From contig CAYSDD010000002.1 in NCBI GenBank assembly GCA_964429555.1, positions 1-46,710 of the forward strand: a stretch of DNA of 46,710 nt, in the 5' to 3' direction. This stretch comes from an uncultured Syntrophaceae bacterium (lineage in GTDB: Bacteria; Desulfobacterota; Syntrophia; Syntrophales; UBA2192). The notes under the pieces were generated by a model. The model was not told where the DNA came from, did no database searches, and saw only the letters and a list, made by a program, of their open reading frames with translations. Both the position numbers and the translations under genes were made by a program. Positions 37,399 through 45,774 of the stretch are shown here, in pieces (within the stretch, counting starts at the first letter, position 1; every line of letters starts with the position of its first letter).

Positions 37399-38334
37399 TT
37401 ACCTCTTTGCGAGCGGTTCCGGGCGGTAGGCCCGGATGAAATCGAGAAAGATCCGGTGGTGCGCCATCAGGTCGAAGTGCCTGCGGTGAATGACGTAAAA
37501 GAAGCGCTCGACGGGGCAGCCCTCGATGGGCAGCGCGGCAAGGATCCCCGAGGCGATCTCCCTCCGGACGGCGTAGATGGAAATCACGGAAAGGCCGACG
37601 CCGGCGATGACGGCCTCCTTGACCGCCTCGGAGCTCCCCATCTCGGCAACGACCCGAAACCGGGACAGGTCCGTTTTGCCGGCCTCGGCAAGGCACCGCT
37701 CGAAGGCGTCGCGGGTGCCCGAGCCCCGCTCGCGGATCACGAAGGGCTCCTTCTCGAGCTCGCGGACACGGACGGTTTTCCTCTTCGCCCAGGGGTGCGC
37801 CGCGGGAACGGCCAGCACCATCCGGTCCCGCCAGAGCGGTTCGGCCGCCAGCTTCGCGCCGGCGGGCTCCTTGCCGATGAAGCCGATCTCGGCGCCGTTC
37901 TCCAGGACCGTCTCGATGACCTCGCTGCTGTCGGCCGCCCGCACGGCGGTCCGGATCGCGGGGAATTTCTCCCGAAACGCAGCGATCGCCGGGGGCAGGA
38001 TGTAGGTGGCCGGGATCGTGCTGGCGGCGATCCGGATGTCCCCCTCCTCGGCGGCGCGCGCCCGCATCACCCGCTCCATGGCCTCCTCGCGCAGCTTCAG
38101 GATCCGCCGGGCGTAGTCGTACACCACGCGCCCCTCGGGCGTCAGCGTGAAGGCGCGGCTCGCGCGGTTGACCACCTTCGCCCCCAGGGCGTCCTCGAGG
38201 TTGCGGATGTGCTTCGTGAGCGACGGCTGGGAGAGGTACATCCTCCTGGCCGCCCGGCTGAAGCTGCGTTCCTCGACGAGGTGCACCAGGGCCTCGAGCT
38301 GCAGCATGTTGACGTTTTTCATCTCGGCCTGCAT
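37399..38334 (-). CDS. LysR-family transcriptional regulator (selenium-cluster associated)
   Basis: 311 aa. HTH LQLEALVHLVEERSFSRAARRMYLSQPSLTKHIRNLE. Divergent from yedE. Its stop is 4 nt before the thrC ATG. Confidence 0.85.
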   Translation of the reverse strand: MQAEMKNVNMLQLEALVHLVEERSFSRAARRMYLSQPSLTKHIRNLEDALGAKVVNRASRAFTLTPEGRVVYDYARRILKLREEAMERVMRARAAEEGDIRIAASTIPATYILPPAIAAFREKFPAIRTAVRAADSSEVIETVLENGAEIGFIGKEPAGAKLAAEPLWRDRMVLAVPAAHPWAKRKTVRVRELEKEPFVIRERGSGTRDAFERCLAEAGKTDLSRFRVVAEMGSSEAVKEAVIAGVGLSVISIYAVRREIASGILAALPIEGCPVERFFYVIHRRHFDLMAHHRIFLDFIRAYRPEPLAKR

Positions 38335-38467
38335 GGCCTGTCCCTACCATGACCCTTTTCGATAATCAAGAAGCATTTATGAATTATTGGAATTGGCGTT
38401 ATTCAGAAAAGAAGGGTAATAAAAAAGCGCTTTCCTCATCCCAGACCCTGTGAAGGAGGACCCCGGT

Positions 38468-39541
38468 ATGGGCAACCCGTTTGCATCCCGCGCGGGAATC
38501 ATCGTCGTCGGCGTTGCCATCGGCATCATGGCAACGCTCCTGCAGTACTTTGGCAACCCCCCGAACATGGGCATCTGCGTGGCCTGCATGGAGCGCGACA
38601 TTGCGGGCGCCCTGGGCCTGCACCGGGCCGCCGTCGTGCAGTATCTTCGCCCCGAGATCATCGGCTTCGTGATCGGGGCCTTCCTCGCCGCCCTGCTCGC
38701 GAAGGAGTACCGGCCCCGCGGGGGGTCGGCGCCGCTCGTGCGCTTCTTTCTCGGCGTCTTCGCCATGATCGGCGCACTGGTGTTCCTGGGCTGCCCCTGG
38801 CGGGCGCTGCTGCGGCTTGCGGGGGGCGACTGGAACGCCCTCACGGGCCTCGCGGGCCTGGCGACGGGCATCGGCGTGGGCGTCGCCTTCCTCAAATCGG
38901 GCTACAGCCTGGGCCGCGCCCAGCCGCAGAAGGCGGCGTCGGGTATCCTCTTCCCCGTCTTCATGGCCGGGCTCTTCCTGCTGCTCGTCTTCCGGGTGAC
39001 CTTCGCCGAGGGCGGCCCCCTCTTTTTCAGCCAGAAGGGTCCGGGGTCGCAGTTCGCCCCCGTCTGGATGAGCCTGGGCGCCGGGGTGCTCGTCGGGGCC
39101 ATCGCCCAGCGCAGCCGGTTCTGCACCATGGGGGCCCTGCGGGACGTCATCCTGCTGAAGGATTTCCACCTCATGAGCGGCGTGGCGGGTCTGCTCGTCG
39201 CCGCCTTTGCCATGAATCTCATCCTGGGGCAGTTCAAGCCCGGTTTTGCAGGCCAGCCGATCGCCCACACGGACCATCTCTGGAATTTCCTGGGGATGGC
39301 GCTCGCGGGCCTGGCCTTCGCGCTGGCCGGCGGCTGCCCGGGCCGCCAGCTGTTCCTCTCCGGCGAGGGGGACCTCGACGCGGGCATCTTCGCCCTGGGC
39401 ATGATCGTCGGGGCCGGCGTGTCGCACAACTTCGCCATGGCCAGCTCGCCCGCCGGCGCCGCCGCCTTCGGGCCGGCCGGCGTCATCGTGGGCTTCGTCT
39501 TCTGCCTGGCCGTGGGGTTCACGATGCGGGAGAAGGCCTGA
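38468..39541 (+). CDS. yedE: YedE-family putative selenium/sulfur-compound transporter
   Basis: GAAGGAGG 8 nt before ATG 38468. GNPPNMGICVACMERDIAGALGLH, FCTMGALRD, about 9 TM segments. Confidence 0.85.
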   Translation: MGNPFASRAGIIVVGVAIGIMATLLQYFGNPPNMGICVACMERDIAGALGLHRAAVVQYLRPEIIGFVIGAFLAALLAKEYRPRGGSAPLVRFFLGVFAMIGALVFLGCPWRALLRLAGGDWNALTGLAGLATGIGVGVAFLKSGYSLGRAQPQKAASGILFPVFMAGLFLLLVFRVTFAEGGPLFFSQKGPGSQFAPVWMSLGAGVLVGAIAQRSRFCTMGALRDVILLKDFHLMSGVAGLLVAAFAMNLILGQFKPGFAGQPIAHTDHLWNFLGMALAGLAFALAGGCPGRQLFLSGEGDLDAGIFALGMIVGAGVSHNFAMASSPAGAAAFGPAGVIVGFVFCLAVGFTMREKA

Positions 39542-39590
39542 TGCAAGGACCCGGAGCCAAGAACGACCATTTCGCTGAAAGGAGACCGTC

Positions 39591-39803
39591 ATGAGCGCAA
39601 CGCGAATCGATGCCCGGGGCCTTTCCTGCCCCCAGCCCGTCGTCCTGACCAGCAGGGCCATCGAGGGCGGGGCGGAGAGCCTGGAAGTCCTCGTCGACAA
39701 CGAGGTGTCGAAGGAAAACGTGCTTCGCCTGGCGAAGCGGCACAAGATGCAGGCCTCGGTCCGTCCGGAAGGGCCCGATATTGTCATCGAAATCAAAAAG
39801 TAG
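39591..39803 (+). CDS. TusA/SirA-family sulfurtransferase-like protein
   Basis: 70 aa. IDARGLSCPQPVV motif. SD AAAGGAG. Confidence 0.85.
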   Translation: MSATRIDARGLSCPQPVVLTSRAIEGGAESLEVLVDNEVSKENVLRLAKRHKMQASVRPEGPDIVIEIKK

Positions 39804-39864
39804 TATAAGGAAACACCAACCGGGGCCTTCCCTGCGGGAAAGGCTCCGATTTGTTTAGGAAGGA

Positions 39865-40410
39865 ATGCGGAGATTCATGTTTTTCAAATCCGGCAAAAAG
39901 AACGGTTTCGAGGGCGGCGGGCTCGTCCTGTTCGAAAGCGTGGAAGAGGCCATGAGCGGCGAGCGGGCCCTGAAGGCGGGAGAATTCGAGACCCGTCTCG
40001 TGGCGCCCCCGCCCGAGCTCAGGCGGGGCTGCGATCTCGCCCTGGAGATCAACCTCGTGGAAAAGCCCGCCGTCGAGCGGGCGCTGCAGGAGCGCGAGGT
40101 CCCCTTCCTCGACATCCTGCCCATCCGGGGCGACGCGGAGCTTCTCCAGGTCGTCAAGGTCACCGACTTCGGCGAGGCCCTCATGGTCAAGGCGGGCAAC
40201 ATGAAGCTCACCTTCGACAAGGCCTCGGGCGTCGTCCTGAACATCTCGGGCGGCGGCTGCCCCGACATCCCCTACCTGCACGCCGAGATGCTGGCCAAGC
40301 CGCTGGAGCAGGCGCCGCGGCCCAAGGCCATCGGCCGCACGCTCTGCGCCCTCATGCTGGACCGCGCCTGGGAGCAGTCGCTCGAAATCCGGAAGAACGG
40401 CAACGGGTGA
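39865..40410 (+). CDS. DUF3343 (putative Se/S carrier)-like domain fused to an uncharacterised Cys-containing C-terminal domain
   Basis: N-terminal LVLFESVEEAMSGERALKAGEFETRLVAPPPELRRGCDLAL. C-terminal half has ISGGGCPDIPY and TLCALMLD. Alternative start ATG 39877. Confidence 0.65.
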   Translation: MRRFMFFKSGKKNGFEGGGLVLFESVEEAMSGERALKAGEFETRLVAPPPELRRGCDLALEINLVEKPAVERALQEREVPFLDILPIRGDAELLQVVKVTDFGEALMVKAGNMKLTFDKASGVVLNISGGGCPDIPYLHAEMLAKPLEQAPRPKAIGRTLCALMLDRAWEQSLEIRKNGNG

Positions 40411-40414
40411 GGCC

Positions 40415-41320
40415 ATGCTGCTCGTCTGCGGAACCGCCCCGCTCAAAGAGCTCCCGCTGACCGAGGGGGAGGCGGGGCTCGACGGGGACATCCTGCGCGT
40501 CGGCGGTGCCGGGATCCCCTGCACGCAGGGCACGGCGGCCCTGGTGAGCGCCGCCTGCAAGACGCTGGACTACCTGGGCCAGCCCGCGCCCCGGGTGCTG
40601 CTCGTGGGCGACGACGGCACCGGCAAGGGCAGCCGGCAGCTCTACGAGCGCCTGATCGAGGATCTGCCCCGCCTGGCCCCCCGGGTCGTCGTGCTGCACT
40701 ACATGCTGCCCGTCATGGGGCTCATGCGCAGGGTGAGCGAGTCGGCCTCCAAGGCGCCTCGGCGCCCCTTCATGATCGCCGATGCCGCGGCCATGTACGC
40801 CGCCAAGGCGGCGGGGATCGCCCGCGAGTTCGACCTCTTCACGCCGGACCTCTCGGAGCTGGCCTTCCTGGCGGACCCGCAGGCCACCCACCCGGCCTAC
40901 GTGAGCCGGCACCTCTTCGAGTCGGACAGCACGCGCATCCCCGAGATGGTCGCGGCGGCCTACGCCAACGGGAGCGCCGCCCGGACGCTCGTCGTGAAGG
41001 GCGCCACGGACCACATCGCGCAGGAGGGCAGGATCCTCGACACCCTGTCGGAGCCGGACATCCCGGCCCTCGAGGCCATCGGCGGTACGGGGGACACGAT
41101 CAGCGGCATGGTGGGGGCCCTCGTGCACGCCGGGTACGACGAGGTCACGGCGGCCCGCGTCGCCGTTCGGGCCAACCGCACGGCCGGGCTCTACGCCGGG
41201 GCCACGCCGGCCACGCGGATCCGGCAGGTCATCGAGGCCCTGCCCCGGGTCTTCGCCGATCACCTCGACGGGTGGGTGCGGCAGGCGCAAATCGAAAGAG
41301 CGGAAAGGAGCGCACCGTGA
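40415..41320 (+). CDS. Ribokinase-fold protein, YjeF C-terminal / NAD(P)HX-dehydratase (NnrD)-like
   Basis: 301 aa. LFTPDLSELAFL, LVVKGATDHIA, EAIGGTGDTISGMVGAL resemble NnrD motifs. Its stop overlaps the selD GTG (GTGA). Confidence 0.6.
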   Translation: MLLVCGTAPLKELPLTEGEAGLDGDILRVGGAGIPCTQGTAALVSAACKTLDYLGQPAPRVLLVGDDGTGKGSRQLYERLIEDLPRLAPRVVVLHYMLPVMGLMRRVSESASKAPRRPFMIADAAAMYAAKAAGIAREFDLFTPDLSELAFLADPQATHPAYVSRHLFESDSTRIPEMVAAAYANGSAARTLVVKGATDHIAQEGRILDTLSEPDIPALEAIGGTGDTISGMVGALVHAGYDEVTAARVAVRANRTAGLYAGATPATRIRQVIEALPRVFADHLDGWVRQAQIERAERSAP

Positions 41321-42369
41321 CGACGGAAAAGAAGATCCGCCTGACGGAGATGGTCCACGGGGCCGGCTGAGCGTGCAAGATCGGTCCGGAGGACCTGAGC
41401 CGAGCCCTGGAGGGGCTTCCCATCATCGCGGACCCCAACCTGATCGTCGGCCTCGAGGGCAACGAGGACGCGGGCGTCTACCGTCTGCGCGACGACCTGG
41501 CCATCATCCAGACGGTCGACTTCTTCACGCCCATCGTCGACGACCCCTACACCTTCGGGCAGATCGCCGCGACGAATTCCCTCTCCGACGTCTACGCCAT
41601 GGGCGGCCGGCCGATCACGGCCCTGAACATCATCTGCTTTCCGCCGAAGAAGCTCGACATGTCGGTCCTGCAGGCGATCCTGCGCGGCGGGCTGGACAAG
41701 ATGACGGAGGCGGGCGTCGTGCTCGTCGGGGGCCACAGCGTGGAGGACGACGAGCCGAAATACGGCCTCTCCGTGACGGGCGTCATTCACCCCGACCGGG
41801 TCCTGCGCAACCGCGGGGGCCGGCCCGGAGACAAACTGATCCTGACCAAGGCGCTCGGCACGGGCATCGTCAGCACGGCGATCAAGGGGGAGGAGGCCGA
41901 CCCGGCCCTCGTCGAGAAGGCCGTCCGGGCCATGACGACCCTGAACCGGCAGGCCGCCGAGCTGATGACGCAGATGCCCGTCATCCACGCCTGCACGGAC
42001 GTGACGGGGTTCGGCATGCTGGGGCACGCCTGCGAGATGATCGAGGGAAGCGACGTGGGGTTGACGATCGACGCCGCGGCCGTCCCCTGCTTCGAGGGGG
42101 TGCGGGAACTCGTGGAAAGCGGCTACGTGCCGGGGGGGCTCTACCGCAACAAGAACTTCCGGATGCCGATGATCGACGTCGAGCCGTCGTGCCCGGAGTG
42201 GCTGCTGGAGATCCTCTTCGACCCCCAGACCGCGGGCGGCCTGCTCATCGCCCTGCCGGCGGGGGACGCGGAAACGCTTGTCCGGCGCATGCGCGAGGCC
42301 GGGATCGGGGATGCGGCCGTGGTGGGCGAAGTGGTCGCCGCGCCGAAGGGGAAGATCATCGTCCGGTGA
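41317..42369 (+). CDS. selD: Selenide, water dikinase (selenophosphate synthetase) with in-frame UGA = selenocysteine at 41368-41370
   Basis: GTG 41317 after GGAAAGGAG. Translation VTTEKKIRLTEMVHGAG-U-ACKIGPEDL... aligns with E. coli ...[21 protein letters not shown] (UGA at the Cys17 position). Same frame as track ORF 41599..42369. 350 codons. Confidence 0.9.
41381..41398 (+). promoter_or_regulatory. Candidate SECIS hairpin 10 nt downstream of the selD UGA
   Basis: UC-GGUCC-GGA-GGACC-(U)-GA: 7 bp with a bulged U and a small apical loop. Hand fold only. Confidence 0.35.
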
Positions 42370-42381
42370 TGCCCTGAACGG

Positions 42382-42864
42382 TCAATCCCCCTGCCTGAGC
42401 TTCTGGGCCTCCTGCAGCAGCTCGTACTGGCGCTGGCGGTTCTCCCTCGTCGCGGGCATGGGCTCGCGGGCCTGCGCCTCCAGCCGCTCCGCTTCCCGGA
42501 GCCGTCTCTGTCTCTCCTGTTCCCGTTGCGCGTCGCGTGTCTCGACGGTTTTGACCACCTCGTCGAGCTGCCGGTCCCTCTGCCGGATGGCCTCCTCGGC
42601 CGTCACGGCACCGGGAGGGGGCTGCGGCCCCGCCTGTTCCGCGGCGGCTGCCGCAGGCGCGGCGGCCGGTTTCCCCGAGACGACGGGCTCGGCCCTCACC
42701 CCTTTCGGGGGCCTGTCCGTGAGCACGACGGTCCCGTCCCTGTCGGTGTACTTGTAGATGGTCTGCGCATCGGCCGGCGCTTGCACGAGGCTGCTCAACA
42801 GGGAGATGCAAAGCAGCCCCTGGAGCAGCCGACAAACTCTCAACGCGGACCTCTCACCCGTCAC
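42382..42864 (-). CDS. DUF4124-domain secreted protein with charged coiled-coil tail
   Basis: QTIYKYTDRDGTVVLTDRPP motif after a signal peptide. The start could be TTG 42843 (MRVCRLLQGLLC...). Confidence 0.7.
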   Translation of the reverse strand: MTGERSALRVCRLLQGLLCISLLSSLVQAPADAQTIYKYTDRDGTVVLTDRPPKGVRAEPVVSGKPAAAPAAAAAEQAGPQPPPGAVTAEEAIRQRDRQLDEVVKTVETRDAQREQERQRRLREAERLEAQAREPMPATRENRQRQYELLQEAQKLRQGD

Positions 42865-42930
42865 CTGTGCCCTCTCTTGCCCTTTCTCCCTCCTGCCTCG
42901 TGCCTTTCGCCTTTCGCCTTTTGCCTTCCC
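42865..42930 (-). repeat. Purine-rich (transcribed strand) heptad-periodic tract between the two DUF4124 genes
   Basis: Minus strand GAAGGCA AAAGGCG AAAGGCG AAAGGCA CGAGGCA GGAGGGA GAAAGGG ... Confidence 0.7.
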
Positions 42931-43473
42931 CTATTGCATCTGCCTGAGCCTCTCGGCCTCCTCCATCAGCTTGCGCTGCCGGTTGATGTTCTCCTGGGTC
43001 GGGACGATCGGCTTTTGGGCCTCCCGTTCGAGCCGGTCGGCCTCCTCGAGGCGGCGCTGCCTTTCCTGCTGCCTCTCCTGCAGCTTTCGCTGCACCTCCT
43101 CCCTCTGCTTTTGGATCTCCTCGTCGGCGGCCTTTCGCATCTCCGCATCGCGTGCCCCTTCGGGCGGGGCGGCCTGGTCACGGACCCCGGGCCTCGGCAT
43201 GGGGGCGGCCTGGTCCCGGCTTCCCGGCACCGGCATCGGTGCTGCGCCCTGCGCCTCGGGGACGGGCCTCGTGGTCCTCTCGGAAGGGGCGAGGTCCGAT
43301 TCGTCGAGGATCTCACCCCGCACCCCCGGGGGCGGGTTGTCGGTGATGACGATCCTGCCGTCCTTGTCGGTATAGCGATAGAGCTGCGCCGGGGTGTCAC
43401 AAGGCGTCAACAGGATCACGGCCCATGCCGATACGAGGAGGGCAGCCAACAGTCTCGCGGGGTGCTTGCTCAT
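42931..43473 (-). CDS. DUF4124-domain secreted protein (tandem paralogue)
   Basis: 180 aa. Signal peptide, LYRYTDKDGRIVITDNPPPG, E/R/Q-rich C-terminus similar to 42382..42864. Confidence 0.7.
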   Translation of the reverse strand: MSKHPARLLAALLVSAWAVILLTPCDTPAQLYRYTDKDGRIVITDNPPPGVRGEILDESDLAPSERTTRPVPEAQGAAPMPVPGSRDQAAPMPRPGVRDQAAPPEGARDAEMRKAADEEIQKQREEVQRKLQERQQERQRRLEEADRLEREAQKPIVPTQENINRQRKLMEEAERLRQMQ

Positions 43474-43582
43474 GGTTTTCTCTCCCTGTGGGTCAAGAGT
43501 AAGGCCTCAATGGGGATTATCGAACGAATCCGTTATTTTCTTTAATGGTTTCGCTTCAATGTACCCCCAAGACGCAAAAGAA

Positions 43583-44734
43583 TCAATATGTCGATTCGCA
43601 CCCGTCGAGGGCCCGGCGGATCGTCGCACCGCCGAGCACGACCCCGCCGCCGTACAGGACAACCGATTGACCCGGCGTCACGGCCTCCTGCGGCTCGTCG
43701 AAGACGACCGTGAGGGAGCCGGGGCCCGTTTCGACCCGGCAGGACGCAGGCCGGTGCGCATAGCGGATCTTCGCATGCGCCGCAGCCGGCAGGGCATCGA
43801 CCAGGAGGTTCGGCTCGCCGGCCTCGAGACCCCTTGAAAGAAGGTCCTCCTTCGGGCCCACCACGACGAGATTTTCCGCCGGGTCGATGGAAAGAACATA
43901 CAGGAGATCCCCCCGCCCGGCCGAGAGGCGGGCCCGCTGGCCGATCGTGTAGCGGCCGATCCCCCGGTGCGTGCCGACGACCCGGCCCCGGCGGTCCACC
44001 ATCCTGCCGGGGCCCATGCCGGGCAGGCGGGCTTCGAGGAACGGCCCGATCGCGCCCCGGGGGATGAAACAGATGTCCTGGCTGTCGCCGCGCTGCGAGA
44101 CGGGCAGCCCGGCACGCCTGGCCAGTTCACGGACTTCCTGCTTCGTGTGTTCCCCGAGCGGGAAATGGATGTGCCCGAGGGCTTCCCGCCGCACCCGGCA
44201 GAGAAAGTAGGTCTGGTCCTTCCTGCGGTCCTTCGGCACGGCGAGGGCCGGCTTGCCTCCCCGCATCACGATCCGGGCGTAGTGCCCCGTGGCCAGTCCC
44301 CCGTATCCCAGCTGCCGGGCCTTTTCGAGAAGCATCCCGAACTTGATGTCCCGGTTGCACAGCACGCAGGGGTTCGGGGTCCTGCCCTGGCGGTACGCCT
44401 CCAGGAAGGGCTCGATCACGACCCGCTCCAAATCGTCCGTGAAATCGACCGCGTGGTGGGGGATCCCGAGAAGTCGGCACACCCCCGCCGCCTCTTCCAC
44501 ATCCCCCCAGCCGTAGCCGGCGGTGCCATCGGCTTTCCTGAAGAGGGTGAGCCCCGCGATGTCGAGGCCCCGTTCAGCAAGAAGCAGCGCCGCCACGGAA
44601 CTGTCAACCCCGCCGCTCATCGCGACGAGGATTTTCCCGGCCGCGTCCCGCCCGCGGCGGGAGATCTCCTCGCCGAGGCAGGGGGTCTTCCTGTCCTGAT
44701 ACGCGCCAACGTCCGTCATGACCCGCACACTCAC
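43583..44734 (-). CDS. mnmA: tRNA-specific 2-thiouridylase
   Basis: ILVAMSGGVDSSVAA PP-loop, NPCVLCN, ATGHYAR. The start is uncertain (44734 or 44719). Confidence 0.9.
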   Translation of the reverse strand: MSVRVMTDVGAYQDRKTPCLGEEISRRGRDAAGKILVAMSGGVDSSVAALLLAERGLDIAGLTLFRKADGTAGYGWGDVEEAAGVCRLLGIPHHAVDFTDDLERVVIEPFLEAYRQGRTPNPCVLCNRDIKFGMLLEKARQLGYGGLATGHYARIVMRGGKPALAVPKDRRKDQTYFLCRVRREALGHIHFPLGEHTKQEVRELARRAGLPVSQRGDSQDICFIPRGAIGPFLEARLPGMGPGRMVDRRGRVVGTHRGIGRYTIGQRARLSAGRGDLLYVLSIDPAENLVVVGPKEDLLSRGLEAGEPNLLVDALPAAAHAKIRYAHRPASCRVETGPGSLTVVFDEPQEAVTPGQSVVLYGGGVVLGGATIRRALDGCESTY

Positions 44735-44804
44735 CGGGCCCGTTTACGAGCCCGGGCCGTCCGTCTTCCTCTCTGCAATGCCTGCAGTCCCGACTTTCCC
44801 GGGG

Positions 44805-44833
44805 AGTCTACCGGCGGGCCGATTCCCCGTCAA
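44805..44833 (-). promoter_or_regulatory. Candidate sigma70 promoter for mnmA
   Basis: Minus strand TTGACG (44833-44828), 17-nt spacer, TAGACT (44810-44805). Confidence 0.5.
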
Positions 44834-44850
44834 GGGCGATAAAAAGGGCC

Positions 44851-44878
44851 TTGACCCCATCACCAGGACATGTAAGAT
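44851..44878 (+). promoter_or_regulatory. Candidate sigma70 promoter for the alpha/beta hydrolase gene
   Basis: TTGACC (44851-44856), 16-nt spacer, TAAGAT (44873-44878). Back-to-back with the mnmA promoter. Confidence 0.5.
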
Positions 44879-44955
44879 GGAGGCGCTTGCGCCCCGTCGC
44901 CGGGCGCGCAGCGTGCCGTTTGCGGTTGCGGATCCTGTCACAGGAACCTCGAATC

Positions 44956-45774
44956 ATGGGCGTCTCCAGGAAGTCGTTCCCGATCGACGCCGCCGGGCAT
45001 CGGCTCCACGCCGAACGGATCGAGCCCCGGCCCGCCAGTCCGGATGCGGACGGGACGACCCTCGTCTTCCTGCACGAGGGGCTCGGCAGCATCGGCCAGT
45101 GGCGGGACTTCCCGTCACGCCTGAGCGAGCGAACGGGCCTGCCGGCCCTGGTTTACGACCGCTGGGGGTACGGGAAATCGGAGCCCTTCGCCCTGCCCCG
45201 CAAAACGGGATATCTCCACGACGAGGCGCTGGTCGGACTGCCGGCCGTCCTCGAGGCGTGCGGGATCGGCAGGACGATCCTCGTCGGCCACAGCGACGGC
45301 GGGTCGATCGCGCTGATCCATGCGTCGAGGCATCCCGGGGGGGTGCGCGCCGTGATCACCGAGGCGGCCCACGTGTTCGTCGAGGAGGTCACCCTGGCGG
45401 GGATCCGAGAGGCCGTCGAGGCCTACGCGAAAACGGATCTCGGCAGGCGGCTCGCACGCTACCACGGGGACAAGACGGACCTCGTCTTTCGCGGCTGGGC
45501 CGACACGTGGCTCTCGCCGGCCTTCCGGGACTGGAACATCGAGGACTGCCTGCCCGGCGTGCGCTGCCCTGTCCTGATCATCCAGGGCATCGATGACCCT
45601 TACGGCACACCGGCCCAGGTCCGCGCCATCGAGCGGCAGATCTCCGGGCGGGCGGAGCCGCTGATCGTCCGCTGCGGCCACACCCCCCACGCCGAGGCGC
45701 GGGAGGAAGTCCTCGAGGCCATGGCGGGGTTTATCCGGAAGTGTTTGCAAGAAGGTGAGAAGGTGAGAGGGTAA
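44956..45774 (+). CDS. Alpha/beta-fold hydrolase
   Basis: Internal ATG (MGVSRKSF). LVFLHEGLGS, nucleophile elbow VGHSDGGS. The last ~9 codons (QEGEKVRG*) lie within repeat copy 2. Confidence 0.8.
   Translation: MGVSRKSFPIDAAGHRLHAERIEPRPASPDADGTTLVFLHEGLGSIGQWRDFPSRLSERTGLPALVYDRWGYGKSEPFALPRKTGYLHDEALVGLPAVLEACGIGRTILVGHSDGGSIALIHASRHPGGVRAVITEAAHVFVEEVTLAGIREAVEAYAKTDLGRRLARYHGDKTDLVFRGWADTWLSPAFRDWNIEDCLPGVRCPVLIIQGIDDPYGTPAQVRAIERQISGRAEPLIVRCGHTPHAEAREEVLEAMAGFIRKCLQEGEKVRG

Noticed and set aside
41373-42377. 334-aa + strand ORF covering the selD region
   Set aside because: It is in the wrong frame and gives an Arg/Gly/Pro-rich translation. The true selD frame starts at 41317 and reads through UGA 41368, matching SelD residue for residue.
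42844-42930. Periodic tracts and hairpin repeats considered as possible CRISPR arrays
   Set aside because: The units are 7-8 nt with no spacers, and the elements are single hairpins. There are no cas genes in the window.
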